Positions 12,541 through 27,862 of a DNA stretch of 64,000 bases are shown here, piece by piece (position 1 is the stretch's first letter; each line of letters starts with the position of its first letter). Where the stretch lies: contig OZ037766.1 in the NCBI GenBank assembly GCA_964035545.1, positions 2,418,001-2,482,000 on the forward strand. The letters are read 5' to 3'. Source of the stretch: Bugula neritina (lineage: Eukaryota > Animalia > Bryozoa). Under the pieces are notes generated by a model. The model was not told where the DNA came from. It searched no databases and saw only the letters and a list, made by a program, of their open reading frames with translations. The translations under genes were made by a program, and so were the position numbers.

Positions 12541-15500
12541 CTAAAAATGTCATGACTCACACTGAATATACTATTACGCACAAGCACACAAACACATTTT
12601 AAATGTCTACACATATATACATATTATTATTTTCATATACTTATTTACATACATATATATATATTTATATAAATATAATGTTTGATAAAATAAATAAAAT
12701 GTTCACATAACAATATATGGCGCATGGAACTTAGGTTGCATAATGTTTTATCCCTCAAAGTGCAGTAGTACTATAATAGTATATTATGATGCATCAGCTC
12801 ATTAAAATTAGCACAAAGCAATAGTTTAATTAGAACTGGTTCTTTTGTTTCCACACATTTCACTTAAATGATGAAGGGTAGACAACTCCGAGCCAATAGT
12901 TCAGAAATCAAAAAGTATTTACTTGTGCCCAGTTGACAGAATAACCATAAGTAGATGTTCATTCCTGCTTTTGAATAATAAGGTTATTGCCCTTTAGTCC
13001 AAACTGGAATTAATTTGTACATAGTGTTTCTCCAGCCGAAATGTGTTTTGGTAATTTACTTGGGATAACAAATATAGATAGCTAAATTTACTAGCATAAG
13101 TTAGCTATATAACATACTAACTATAGCGTAGGTTCATTGGATAAACAGGGCAAAGGGACTTTAGCCAGCTTTATTAAATTGTTATAATCATTTTAAAGCT
13201 GAATTTGAAATTAAAGTACATTTCTATAGCTGTTCAAAAATTACTCTTGTGTGGAAAAAGTGAAAAAGCTCAGCCAATCAACACTCAACAACATAAATTC
13301 AAGTTTGCTCATAGCTTAACTACATAATTATTTTTAGTTTAGCCAATACTCAAACATACTACTAAAAGCATACTGCTGTTGTCAAAAATCAGATAGCTCT
13401 GAGCCTCTGATGTATAGCTCAATATAAGAAGCGATGAACACTAATAACTTTTAGTAGTATATGGTGAAAATAACCATGCAACTGGAATATACATATAATT
13501 AGTATGTGCATGTCATTAGTTACTTCATCACCATTTGCTATACTTATCACATGTACAATATGCTATATATATTATACCTAATGCAATTTTGGGACTTGTA
13601 AATGGTATTTCCTGTGTCAAAATTTCTTAGTAATCCTAAATTTGCACAACTACAATAGTTTTGCTCTTAAACCTAGCATTTTATAGCCTAAGGCTTCTTT
13701 AAAATGTATAACAGCTGTTTATAATTTTTTTTTATTTTGTCTTTACCTTCTCTACGTATAGCTATAGCTATAAATACCTATAAGCCACAAAAGGATCTAT
13801 AGGTGGTTATACCCGCAGTAAAGATATTGGAAAATTATTGCAGCTGTCTATATAAATAATTCTTCAGATTCTTTGAGAAAATATCTCTTTGGAGTGTCCA
13901 TTAATTGCAGATGGCAGTTAGAAAAATATTTTAGGTTTATTTGTAGCATTCCATATATAATTAAAACATGATGAAATAATAGACTAATTTTATTCCTAGA
14001 ATCTAAGTTGCGGACACAAAGTGCTAAGTGATTCCCTGTTTTGTGACTAATCAACAACTTATTATATACATTTATCAAATAACACCTGTCATCAGTTGTC
14101 ACTTTGGAAATTAATGGGAAGTTCTAGCTGAGGAAATCATAATAGAAAAGTGACATATTGAATCATTCTCATCAACAACTGGAAGTATTATGTAAGCAAA
14201 TAAAACATGTAATTGGAAATCTATAAGCTTTCACTCCAGTTTTGTAATCTAGTTATTTGTTTGCTGTTATACCGCCATATACCTTTGCTTGTCACAGAAA
14301 AAAAGCAGTAACTGATTGCTATGTAAAATTGAAAGCAATAGAATTAATTCAAAGATAAAAAAGCTGTTTCTGTATTTGACACGCAAGCGTTACATTTACC
14401 ATGCATAAACAAAACTAAAGTTTTGTAAAATCAATTTTTCTTAACGAATTTATTTTTTTCAGTTTACTAAACATTTTTAAATTGAGCAATACAGCTAAAT
14501 AAAATATAAAACTACGTTCTATTTTAATAATTCGCCAGAATATATACAAGTAATACTTTATTCTACAATAATGCTGTAAAGCATATTATTAGAATGTAGC
14601 TATAATCAGTTTTAGAGTGTCATGCTTTCTCATATTATAGTGTTGAGAATATTGTATCATTCCTTGTGCTTAGCAATCAAAATCTTTAATATAAAAGTTT
14701 CGGCGAAAAATTGGAATATTTTAAAAGCAAATTTTGCCATATAAAAGAGTGCCATTATTGAAATGCATCAATGATAATTATAGTTATAAAAACTATCTAT
14801 GAATGATTCACATATCTTATCAATTTTTGTCTTTTTATGAAATTGGAAGTTTTAAATAGGAAATGTGACATAAAACTGACATTATATTATTTCATCTGCT
14901 AAGCGGCAAATATTTTTATAGAGAATTGAAGCCTTGCCTCTAGGAAATAGGCAATTTTATTTTAATAGAATGTATTTCTTCTGTCAAAACAAAACAATCA
15001 GGCATATTATTTGTTTATATAACTGGAAATGTATAGTAAAATGGAGTTATTAAAGCCATTATACAATGACTTATCAAAAACAAAAAATATGTTTTATTGA
15101 TCTCTACACAACCCTACTGTCAACTAGAATGCAAAATTCTTAGGCTAGTCACCAAACACTATAAATGGCTTCAACAACTTTAATGCATTCATAGTTTTGT
15201 TTAATACTTTGTAAATTAAAATTCCTTAAAAATATTTGATTTACATATTTATGCAAGATTGGTATATTTATGGCAAATGTACAAACAATATATGTATAAG
15301 CTCTTAGTTAAAATGAGCTGTTGTCATTACACACCTTTTGGAATATATTAAATAATCAAAATATTGATTAATGTTGTAATACCATATAATTAGAAATAAA
15401 ATAGAGGAAATCAATATGAAGGTCATCTGAGATATAATTTAGCTGATTAATGTATTTTCCTCATTTTATAAACTGTAACAATTAATGAGAAATTAATTAT

Positions 15501-15544
15501 AATTAAAACAGCTAAGTCATGATTATAAGGAATATGTCAAAAAG

Positions 15545-15551
15545 TATAAAA
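15545..15551 (+). promoter_or_regulatory. TATA box of Tyr-rich peptide copy 1
   Basis: TATAAAA ~30 nt upstream of a short exon ending AAAA|GTAAG (~15627); conserved in copies 2 (21498-21504, minus strand) and 3 (23288-23294). Confidence 0.7.
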
Positions 15552-16168
15552 GAGAGAAAATCTGTTAGGATAAATCATTCACTTGTTGAACATCAGTTGT
15601 ACAGTGTGATCTACCTGAACTCAAAAGTAAGATTTTTTAGTTATTTTTTATTTTAAAATATTTAAAATATTTACTATATGAGTGTATTTTAGTATAGCCT
15701 TTCTTATAATAAAAATATACTTTAATGTATTTTTTTATTTTATTGAACAACGAGGTTGAAAAATTACACATAATTTAAGAGAGCTAATTCTACTTTTGCA
15801 ATTTTACCAGTGTTTGTTACTAAAACTGCACTTTTTAATGTTTTGAAATTTTCAAATGTTATAAAACATCAACTAATCTTAAAAGAAAATTAATTGTTTA
15901 AAATTTTCAAACATGTTTCATTTGCTCTCATTAAACAAAAACTATAAAACTCTTATAAAAAAGCAACAAAAAGGTTTTTTATTTTTTGTCGACTCAAATT
16001 CTTATTCTAATTTTGTTGAAAGATTTCTTAAAATTTAAGATGAAATGCTTGGTATAGCTTTTAGACTATGTTTTGAGACAAACAATAAGTTGTTGGTGGT
16101 GATTTAACTTTCAAGTGTTTGAAACTTGATAATTGACTAATTTATTTTTGCAGACTTTAAACTCAAAC

Positions 16169-16372
16169 ATGAAGGTCATTGCAATCCTATTGGCTGTCTG
16201 CCTAGCACTTACCTCTGCTACTTACTACAACAACTATCTTTATGGAGGATACGGACTATCTAACTACAAGTACTACAACCGAGGTCTATACAACAATTAC
16301 AGAGGTTTCAACTTTGGAAAGGGCTATAACCTATACCCATCCAAACTCTCCTCTTACTATGAAAGATACTAG
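16169..16372 (+). CDS. Secreted Tyr/Gly/Asn-rich cationic peptide, copy 1 (67 aa)
   Basis: MKVIAILLAVCLALTSA signal followed by TYYNNYLYGGYGLSNYKYYNRGLYNNYRGFNFGKGYNLYPSKLSSYYERY. Acceptor TTGCAG at 16153 lies just before the ATG; 3'UTR intron donor at 16386. Confidence 0.9.
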   Translation: MKVIAILLAVCLALTSATYYNNYLYGGYGLSNYKYYNRGLYNNYRGFNFGKGYNLYPSKLSSYYERY

Positions 16373-17893
16373 ATGGTAACACCTGGTAAGTGCAACTAGC
16401 TAACTTCTATAAATTGTGGAGGGTACAGTAGCTGTCGAGGAGCTTCAATTGCAGATTTTTATATAGTTGATCTTGTATAGCTCCTATATATTAGTAATTA
16501 AACAATAAAATTATAATATGACTAAAAAATTTTATTGATTTTTTCACACGATTTCTGCAAATATTGATTTTATATTGCATTGTTAATGTCCTAAATATAT
16601 AGAATATATATTTTATTAAACTTATAGATACATTACTATCTTGCAAAAATAACTCTACACTTGAGACTCTTAATTTATATAACATGTATATGTTTATGTT
16701 GTAGAAAACTAAAAAGATGAATTCTCGACCGACTCAACTGCCTGACCTGTCCCACTAAAAACATTTGTTTGTTAAACTTTTTTTATGTCTCAGTATCTTT
16801 TTGTCTTTATTTGTTATATTTATAACTGTTGAAAATAAAATTTGTTTTGTTCACAAATAAACATAAGATCAAATCACATGTTTTTATTGTCTTTACAGTC
16901 ACCAGACGGGATATTGCATCATAATGTAAAGTTTAGCATGTAGTTGCAATCTCTTCAATTTATAAATAAATTTATTAAGAGTTGTGATATCTTGCTCATT
17001 CAGCTGAATGAGACAACTCCCACAAACAATGAATTACATCATAAATTATGATGCGTGATGAAAAGTGCACACTTCTCAAATTTCACTATAATAGTTGCTA
17101 TATGTTACAAATGAAACAAGCAAAATTTATTTAATGTTATAGCTATTATTATTGATGTTATTGAATCATACATAGGCTATATTTGAAAAGGAAGTATTAT
17201 TTCTATTGTACATATAAAGAGTGGCTGTATAATAGTAATACTGTAATATTAACAATAACAAGCAAATAGTAACTTAATTTATAAGTGTCTCATTTTTTAT
17301 CTAAAAACCATGTTACTTGTGACTATATAAGTTATTATTTTAACTGTGCTTGAAGAAAGCATATCACGTTTTTCTACGAGAAAAAGAAGTTAGATTTCTT
17401 TTATAACTAATAGGAGAAAATGAGTAAACAGCAGTATTTCATAGTTAAAAGCAATAGTCTTTATATTTAAAAATTTGCTTAGTCTTAGCAACCATCTGGG
17501 CTCTTCTGAGAAGCTAGATTTACAACTAATCTATATAAATTATGTTTTATTTTATTTTTGCGAAATATTTGAAAACCAGAATGTTTTAAATGCAAACATT
17601 TCAATATAAAGTAATTTTATTTGTAGCAGTTTGGGTCTGTTAAAAACCCAAAAGCATATGTTATAAAAGTTTAAAACTTATATGTATGGGCTCATGAGTA
17701 TAGTTACAGTATTTATTCTTAGCAAATAACGCAGAATGTAATACCTCGATGTACTAAATCCAAAAAAATGATATATGGTTAAAATACTAATTGCTACCAT
17801 ATAGTTACCAGCGTCATTTTTATAAGGACAGTCAATATTTCAGAGACCCATGCATTAATTGATCCGAAGGTTCATTGGTCCAAAGATACTTGA

Positions 17894-18176
<283 letters not shown>

Positions 18177-19039
18177 AAGTCATTTTAATCCAGAATACAT
18201 ATTTACATATATAACTCTAATTAACGATATCTTTGATTATTTAATGATAAACCAGCACACAAAACTATCGGGCATTGCTGGAGTTTAAGTTGTTTACTAC
18301 TGAATAACCAGGTCATATTGGTTTGTAGTTTGGGAGAATATTTTTCTCTATTAAGCTAAATAAGAAAACTAAAACTGGTGTCTGTATTTCAGTAAAAGCA
18401 ATGATGTTTAATCACATTACTGAAACAAGTTGTTATTCAAATTACATATAATGTTATGACAATATAATATATTGTCATAATATTATATAAGTTATAGAAA
18501 TATAATATATAGCTTTTAAAATAGCTGAGGTTATTCCGCAGCTTTTCATAATTAAACTCTATATATACTATAAATAAGAGTTTCTAATGAAAGGTTATTT
18601 TACCAACATATAATTGCATGCATAAATGCTGGGCTTGCTACAATTTAGATTTTATTATACAAGGAGAAAAACGCCAAATTAATATTTTTGAGCATTGATA
18701 AAAAATAAAAGGATCGCAAATAAAAATAAAGCACTAGCAAAACCTTTGTGCTACTTTTTTGACCAAATATAATACAATGAGCATATAGGCCTACAAGATA
18801 AATGACAACAGTATTACATCATTGCTTTTACTGAAATACAGACACCGGTTTTAGTTTTCTTATTTAGCCTAATAGAGAAAAATATTCTCCCAAACTACAA
18901 ACCAATATGACCTGGTTATCCAGTAGTAAACAACTTAAACTCTAGCAATGCACTGTGTACTGGTTTATCATTAAATAATTAAAGATGTCGCTAATTAGAG
19001 TTGTATATGTAAATATGTATTTTGGATTAAAATGACTTG

Positions 19040-19040
<1 letters not shown>

Positions 19041-19080
<40 letters not shown>

Positions 19081-19103
19081 TGTGCGTGTGTGCGTGTGTG
19101 TGT
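19041..19103. repeat. Interrupted (TG)n, mirror copy of the (CA)n in the other arm
   Basis: Same flanks as 17896-18175 in reverse complement. Confidence 0.9.
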
Positions 19104-20674
19104 ATGGACGCAAGTATCTTTGGACCAATGGACCGTCGGATCAATTAATGGGCCTCTGAAATATTGACTGCCCCTATAAAAATGACGATGTTAACTATAT
19201 GGTAGCAATTACTATTTCAACCATATCACATTTATTTTGATTCAGTACATCGAGGTGTTACATTCTGTGTTATTTGTTGAGAATAAATACTGCAACTATA
19301 TACTCATGAGCCCATACGTATAAGTTTTAAACTGTTAAAACATATGATTTTGGGTTTTTAACAGACCAAAACTGCTACAAATAAAATTACTTCATAAATT
19401 GAAATGCTTGCATGCATTTAAAACATTCTGGTTTTCAAATATTTTGTAAAAAATATAATAAAGCAGAATTTCTATAGATAGGTTGTAAATATTATGGTCT
19501 ACCAGAAGATCTGGCCAACCAGAAAAGCTCAAATGGTTGCTAAGACTAAGCAAATTTTCAAATAAAGACTATTGCTTTCAACTATAAATAGGCTAATTAC
19601 TCAAGTACTCCTATTATAAGTTATAAAAGAAACCTAACTTCTTTTTCTCTTAGAAAAACTTGATATGCTTTCTTCAAGCACAGTTAAAATAATAACTTAT
19701 ATAGTCACAAGTAACATGGTTTTTAGATAAAAAATGAGACACTTATAAATTAAGTTACTATATTTTGCTTTTTATTGTTAATATTACAGTATTACTATTA
19801 TGCAGCCACTCTTTATAGGTACAATAGAAATAATACTTCCTTTTCAAATATAGCCTATGTATGATTCAATAACATCAATAATAATAACTATAACATTAAA
19901 TAAATTTTGCTTGCTTCACTTGTGACATATATAGTAACTATTATAGTGAAATTTTAGAAGTGTGCACTTTTCATCACGCATCATAATTTATGATGTAATT
20001 CATTGTTTTGGAGTGAACGTGGGAGTTGTCTCATTCAGCTGAATGAGCAAGATATCACAACTCTTAATAAATTTATTTATAAATTGAAGAGATTGCAACT
20101 ACATGCTAAACTTTACATTATGATGCAATATCCCGTCTGGTGACTGTAAAGACAATAAAAACATGTGATTTGATCTTATGTTTATTTGTGAACAAAGCAA
20201 ATTTTATTTTCAACAGTTATAAATATAACAAATAAAGACAAAAAAATACTGAGACATACAAAAAGTTTAACAAACAAATGTTTTTAGTGGGGCAGGTCAG
20301 GCAGTTGAGTTGGTCCAGAATTCATCTTTTTAGTTTTCTACAACATAAACATACGTATGTTATATAAATTAAGAGTCTCAAGGGTAGAGTTGTTCTTGCA
20401 ATATATAGTAATGTATCTATAAGTTTAATAAAATATATTCTATATATTTAAGACATTAACAACGCAATATAATTTTGATATTTGCAATAATCGTGTGAAA
20501 AAATATCAATAAATTTTTTTAGTCATATTATAATTTTATTATTTACTTACTAATATAGGAGCTATACAAGATCAAATATATAAAATCTGCAATTGAAGCC
20601 CTTCGAGAGCTCCTGTACCTTCCACAATTTATTGAAGTTAGCTAGTTGCACTTACCATGCAGGTGTGTTACCAT

Positions 20675-20893
20675 TTAGTATCTTCCATAGTAAGAGGAGA
20701 ATTTGGATGGGTATAAGTTATAGCCCTTGCCAAAGTTGTATCCTCTGTAATTGTTGTATAGACCTCGGTTGTATATACCTCGGTTGTAGTACTTGTAGTT
20801 AGATAGTCCGTATCCTCCATAGAGATAGTTGTTGTAGTAAGTAGCAGAGGTAAGTGCTAGGCAGACAGCCAATAGGATTGCAATGACCTTCAT
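20675..20893 (-). CDS. Secreted Tyr/Gly/Asn-rich cationic peptide, copy 2 (72 aa)
   Basis: Same signal peptide; carries two NRG[I/L]Y units; same exon architecture in mirror image. Confidence 0.9.
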   Translation of the reverse strand: MKVIAILLAVCLALTSATYYNNYLYGGYGLSNYKYYNRGIYNRGLYNNYRGYNFGKGYNLYPSKFSSYYGRY

Positions 20894-21417
20894 GTTTATG
20901 TTTAAAGTCTGCAAAAAAATTAGTCATTTATAAAGTTTCAAGCATTTGAAAGTTAAATCACAACCCACAACTTATTGTTTGTCTAAAAGCTACACCAAGC
21001 AATTTATTTTAATTTTTAAAAAATATTTTATTAAAATTGGAATAATAATTTGAGTCGACGCAAGCAATAAAAAACTTTTTCGTTGCTTTTCTATAAGAGT
21101 TTTATAGCTTTTGTTTAATGAAAGCAAATAAAACAAGTTTGAAAATGTTAAACAATTAATTTTCTTTTAAGATTAGTTGATGTTTTATAACATTTGAAAA
21201 TTTCAAAACATTAAAAAGTGCAGTTTTAGTAACAAGCACTGGTAAAATTGCAAAAGTGGAATTAGCCCTCTTAAATTATGTGTAATTTTTCAACCTCTTT
21301 GTTCAATAAAATAAAAAAATACATTAAAGTATATTTTTATTATAAGAAAGGCTATACTAAAATACACTCATATAGTAAATATTTTAAATATTTTAAAATA
21401 AAAAATAACTAAAAAAT

Positions 21418-23374
21418 CTTACTTTTAAGTTCAGGTAGATCAGACTGTACAACTGATGTTCAACAAGTGAATGATTTATTCTAACAGGTTTTCTCTCTTT
21501 TATACTTTTGAGTTATTCCCTGCCATGAATTGGCTGTTTGATTATACAGTTATTTTCTTATTATTTGTTATAGTTTTTTAAGTAAGGAAAACACATCAAT
21601 TAGCCATAAATTATATCTCAGATGACCATCATGTATAAAATTCACTTCCTAAATCCTATTTCACATAAATAAGTTACAAAACTATTCATTATTTTTCTTT
21701 TTCCTCAAATTGCGATCAAATTGCATGACTGCCTCAATATTCTATATTATTCATTTCAACACTCTTCATTACTTTATGGAAATAGAAATATTCTATTTGC
21801 ATAATAATTGTTTCTATCTCATGGCTGGTTCTTGCCACATAAGTTATTAAATTATATTAAAATACACACAAAAAGCACAATTTTAAAAATAGTAACAACT
21901 GTTAAATAGCTAATACGCATATTACGCTATATATGCCATAAGTTAATGCGCAGCTATAGGAATAAACCCAGGAAATTATCATAGAATATGAATGTTCTCC
22001 AACAACACTGTGTGATAAATTCAAATTCAACTGAGAACTAAACTTTGCTGACCAATTACCCAGCAGTGAGCCAAAAGTCAATATAGATGTTTTATTAGCG
22101 TCAAAGGAAAAAGGAAAATGTTTCCATGACTATAAAAGGGTATAATATAATCCTTAATATTGATACTTGAATTATCAGAGATGTTGTCGTAAGGTAAATA
22201 TATCAAAACACAGAATCAAAACATCGAACAGTGCCCAGCGCATGGTTGCTTTTATAGGAAATATTTTATAGCTTTTGGTTCAATTATATTGCTTTGTAAA
22301 TTAAAGCAGAACTACATGGAAGAAACCTAAAGATTCAATTTAGTTTTATATTTAAAATTAGCATATATTTAAAATAGAAATGTGAAATAAATATCATATT
22401 ATGTATGGTTTTACCAAAAACTGTTTATCATTACACACGTCATTCATATATATATAATGACCATCTTATAACTGTGAAAAGTGAAAAAACTAAACATCTA
22501 TTTAAAATGCATTTGAGGGAATAAAGCCTTATAACTATACTAAGGGTTGTTGCATGCTTCAAAAAGTTTGATGTTTTGATTCTGTGTTTTGATATATTTA
22601 CCTTACAACAATATCTCTGATAATTCAAGTATCAATATTAAAGATTATATTATACTCTTTTATAGTCATGGAAACATTTTCCTTTTTCATTTGACGCTAA
22701 TAAAACATCTATATTGACTTTTGGCTCACTGCGGAGTAATTGGTCAGCAAAGTTTAGTTCTCAGTTGAATTTAAATTTATCACACAGTGTTGTTGGAGAA
22801 CATTCATATTCTATGATAATTTCCCCGGGTTTATTCCTATAGCTGCGCATTAATTTATGACATATAGTGTAATATGCGTATTAGCTATTTAACAGTTGTT
22901 ACTATTTTTAAAATTGTGCTTTTTGTGTGTATTTTAATATAATTTAGTAACTTATTTGGCAAGAACCAGCCAGATAGGAACAATTATTATGCAAATAGAA
23001 TCTTTCTATTTTCATAAAGTAATAAAGAGTGTTGAAATGAATAATTTAGAAGATTGAGGCAGTCATGCAATTTGATCGCAATTTGAGGAAAAAGAAAAAT
23101 AATGAATGTTTTTGTAACTTATTTATGTGAAATAAGATTGAGGAAGTGAATATTATACATGATGGTCATCTAAGATATAATTTATAGCTAATTGATGTAT
23201 TTTCCTTACTTAAAAAACTGTACCAAATAATAAGAAAATAACTGTATAATAAAACAGCCAAGTCATGGCAGGGAATAACTCAAAAAGTATAAAAGAGAGA
23301 AAATATGTTTGGATAAATCATTCACTTGTTGAACATCAGTTGTACAGTCTGATCTACCTGAACTCAAAAGTAAG
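21418..23374. repeat. Large inverted repeat 2: arms ~21418-22229 and ~22566-23374, ~340-bp spacer; promoters and first exons of copies 2 and 3 head-to-head
   Basis: GTAAGGTAAATATATCAAAACACAGAATCAAAACATC (~22189-22225) is the reverse complement of GATGTTTTGATTCTGTGTTTTGATATATTTACCTTAC (~22570-22606); the match continues out to the exon-1 donors. Confidence 0.92.
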
Positions 23375-23967
23375 TTACTTTGTTATTTAATAGTATAGCT
23401 TTTTAAGCTATGTTGTGTAAAACCACTGACACTTGACTAAGTTTTCCTGCTGATTCCTTAAAAATATAAAGATTATAAAGATATGGTTTTATTGACACTG
23501 GAGGTTGACTCTTTTTATTCAAAGTATTATAGTATTTGTTATTTATTGTATTCTAATACAGAGCAATTTTAGGGTATTCTTTCTAGTGCATTTTTTTATT
23601 TTATTAAACGATTGCAAAAGTATATAAAATAATATAACACATAACAAATTAAATTTTTGACTTTTTTTTAGTACACGTCATTTTTAGTTTTTAAAACACA
23701 AATTCAAATGTCAAGAATATACATCTACTTCGAAAAAGTTTGAATTTTTTCAGAAAGTTCTCAAAAATATGCTATTAATTGCTCTTAATAAAAAAAATTA
23801 TAAAGTCAAACATAGAAAATCAGCAAAGTGTCCTTTTTCAGTTTCATCAGAATATTTTTTAAAACTTTTGGAGCAAGAAATAAGCTGATAGGTTACAATC
23901 TAATTCTTTCAATTGTTTGAAATGATAAATTGGCTAAACCTTCTTTTCACAGAACTGACACCTAAAC

Positions 23968-24186
23968 ATGAAGGTCATTGCAATCCTATTGGCTGTCTGC
24001 CTAGCACTTACCTCTGCTACTTACTACAACAACTATCTCTATGGAGGATACGGACTATCTAACTACAAGTACTACAACCGAGGTCTATACAACCGAGGTC
24101 TATACAACAATTACAGAGGATTCAACTTTGGCAAGGGCTATAATTTATACCCATCCAAACTCTCATCTTACTATGGAAGATACTAA
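23968..24186 (+). CDS. Secreted Tyr/Gly/Asn-rich cationic peptide, copy 3 (72 aa)
   Basis: Signal peptide plus a 55-aa mature part with 16 Tyr, 9 Gly, 9 Asn, 4 Arg, 3 Lys and no acidic residue. TATA 23288, exon-1 donor ~23370, acceptor 23952. Confidence 0.9.
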   Translation: MKVIAILLAVCLALTSATYYNNYLYGGYGLSNYKYYNRGLYNRGLYNNYRGFNFGKGYNLYPSKLSSYYGRY

Positions 24187-27100
24187 ATAGCAAAACCCTG
24201 GTATAAGTAAGTTAAAAGCAAAATCTGCAATAAAATCATAATGATAATAAATTTCATTGACATCTTTTTTACAGATTCAACTGTTATTGAAGTTTTCCTT
24301 TTTAAAAAATTGCAAAACAGCCTAAATTTTGCTGAGTATTTTAATTCTTATAATAGTATATCATTTATAAACTTGCATTATATTGTTAATCTCTGTAGAC
24401 CAATTTCTTCGCACCTTACACTATAATATAAGATATAGAATGTTTACCTTCTGTTGTAGAAAAATAAAAGGACATATTCTGGACGACTCTACCCCTGACC
24501 CCTGACCCATGACCCTGGACTGCCTTACTAAAAACCTCGTAGTGTCAAACTTTTTAATATGCTTCCATATATCTTTCTTGTTGTTATTTGCTATATATTA
24601 ATGATTATAATTAACACTGAAATTTGTTGTGCTCTCATTTCTTATTGTTGATAAAGAAAATCAATTTAAATACATAGCTGCCTATTCTATAAAATAACTT
24701 CTCTCCCCTGTCACAAAACTTGCATCTTGATGTGAATTGCATCATTCAACTTCAATCTAATTAGGAGTTATGAGCTCGCGACACACAAAACTATTCAGTG
24801 AGACAACTCCCAATATTTCAACAGCTTCATTATAATCATATAATTTATACCAATATCAATTTTGTTCCGATATCATGATGATGTGTGAAAAGAAACACCC
24901 ACTATAGCCACTCAAATTTAGCTATATACGTAATTTAGAGCATATGGCATTGATAGCACAAGCAGTTATTATATTGCAAGTTCAAGGTTTAGGATAGTTC
25001 TTAAACTTATATGAATTAAACTAATGTAAACTATTTTGTGGGATTAATACCATGATGATAACTACAAGAGTTATAAGCAAAGTGTTATGTTATATGGTAG
25101 TTATTGAGACTGTTTGTGCAGATCCTGAATCTAAGCCATAAGAACTATTGTTTGCTTCCCTTTCAACAACTTTCAATAACTTACAATTCGCTGCTTTTAT
25201 TCTTTTTAAGCATTTCTGATACAATCCTAATTTATTTTAACTTGTAATATTTTCAGGAAATTGATATAACATTTTTTGTTATATGAAATATGTGTTTTTA
25301 TGATACACTGATGCTAAAAAAGTTTCAATTCAAATATTTATATATGTATAACTTGAATAGCCATCATAAGCTATTGAAAGAGCTTTAAAAATTTCTTTTA
25401 AAAGTATGATTGCCAAAGTTGAGACTTTAAAGGCACTAAGTTCTAGCCTCAATGTAAACAGTGTACAAGTGCACACAACTATAAAACATTTAGCCACAAG
25501 ATATCCATCACTTTGTAGATTTTAACACTTCATCTTGTGGTTTTGGTTTTTGGGTATGTGTTTAAATATACTATAAGCTATAAAATCTTTTTGAGTTTTT
25601 CAATAACTAAAGACTGAACCAACGGAAATGGGCACTTCGGAAGTACACAGTTTGGAGTTGTCAGATCAAGTATTAAAGGAAGCAGAGAAGCAGATGAATA
25701 AAGTAAAAGAGCACTAAGCACAAACAAATAAATAAGGAATGATAACATGTTAAATTTTCAACCATTCATAATACTTGGGCAATTATAAGTCTACTGCAAA
25801 CATTATTAAAAATTTGTTTGACTATAACATATATTATAGCGTTAGCTGTGGTTATTAATTAATACTTTTTAATTCAGTGAAACTCTAACATGATGACTTG
25901 CAAGTCATATTTTATATAGCAAAATGGTAATTATAGCTCTCTTTGTCAAATCATAAAAAGCGTTTAAAGTTACTACAATTAGGACAAACTCTATTGGCAT
26001 CAAATATTTATTAAAATTTTGACAGTTAACAATTTTTATCCACAGTGAAAATTAATTCTGGTGCTATATTTTGCATATTTTATTACACACTGTTGGTAAC
26101 AGAGTAAAATGCTATTTATCCATTATATCACAAATGTTTGTTGCCTTATATAAGCAAGCTCTAAGGTGTGTTGACTCAGATGTAGGTCAAATGACAAGGT
26201 CACACGACTTTTACTATCTCTTTAGTCGTATAATGAGGCTACAAAACTATATTTGGCAACTGGTTTGCTGAGATATTTGAATCTCCACCAAAGTATGTAG
26301 GCAACATAGTAATTTGCCAAAACTAGTTTTTCAGCTTGAAAATTTTTAAAATTCCAAAATAGTAAAAAAATCTAATCAAATGAGAATGGAAAATGTAAAA
26401 AATCATAAAGGATCACAGTGTAACTTAAGTTGATGAACATATTACAAACTTTTTAATATATGCCTTGGTGCAATTCTGATTAAATATTCTTTCTGTTTTT
26501 ATAAATGATAAAGAATATTAGATGTGATGTAATATATATGATATACTAAAAGATATTATAAGCTAAATACAAACTGGAATACCCTCAAAACTGTGTATAT
26601 TTCATTATTGTTTTAGTTAGCATTATGCAAGGTATTGAATATGTTCAGTTTATGTGGGTTTGATGACTAAATTCAAGATAATAAAAAGTAATATGATATT
26701 ATGTAAATACAAATGTATAATGAATTGAAGAAATATTTTGATATTTGTGTTACAGCTATACACAACAATGGTTAAAGCCAGTGACTTAAGAAGAAGTTTT
26801 ACAGATTTATTATTGTAAGCATAAAATGTCAGTACTCTAAAATCTTTATTTCAATATTTTCTTAATGTATATAATGTCATAAAAACAAAATAGACTAATA
26901 GAGACTTTCAAGATTAAAATGATGCTTAATTAAAAACTGTAAACTAATTAATGCTGAGTTTCATTTCACAGTTTAAATTTCAGCTTGTTAGAAAAACTTT
27001 CTAGACAGAGGTTTTTACTCTAAAGATTTGGTATAGCATAAAATTACAGCAAATCAATTTTCTAACCAAAGTATTATAAAATAGAAGAGGTTTTAAAAAT

Positions 27101-27727
27101 AGCCCTTTGAATTTTTGACATCTTGAAACAAATCATTTTAGCAATTAGCTGCCATTAAAGCTGTCATTAGAGCTGTCATTCTAAGTTGTCGGAAGTTTCA
27201 AACAGTAGGCCTGTGGTGTATACGTGACAAGGAAGAGAATGTTTTAAAGACAGACACACTGAAAATAGAAATAAATAAAAGAAGTAAACAAGGAAATAGA
27301 AATTTTTGCCTATAGCCTCTGATCATACTTTTATATCCTGTAATAAAGTTTGCACGATAACTTACACAACCTGAAAATAGATTTCTTTCCTGCATTAGAT
27401 TCACAGTTTTTGCAAGAGAGCATGCAGTAAAATGCTGCGTATGTATGCCACTGTCATAAGCTTTATTGCCCATTACTCTATATCATTGCCAATGTTTTGT
27501 CTAATTATTTATAATTTATGACAGCAAAAATTTGCATACACCTGTTTACTGTACAATTTTGAATTAGCTGTCCTAAAATAGTACCAGACTTTACATGTTA
27601 TAAAACTATTATTCTCTACAGGGCCTAAGCTAATGTGAAATAGTCTGTTCCAAAGGTTTATAACTCTTGCACATAGACCCTTCCAACACCAGTAGGTCTA
27701 TCATGATTTTGTACTATACAGAGTAAC

Positions 27728-27862
27728 CATGGTCTAGTCACTAGTGGTTAGAGTGCTGGCCTAAAAAAACGAGTGGTCTTATAGTAGCTGGAGTCCAAAC
27801 ACTGGCAGAGCATCCAGTCATAATTGCTTCTGTGCCACATTAGAAAAAAATTGTTAGCCCAC
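27728..27862 (+). mobile_element. tRNA-derived SINE family A, degraded copy
   Basis: A-box-like TAGTGGTTAGAG; GAGCATCCAGTCATAATTGCTTCTGTGCCACAT matches the reverse complement of the copies at 33.1 kb and 53.4 kb. Confidence 0.55.
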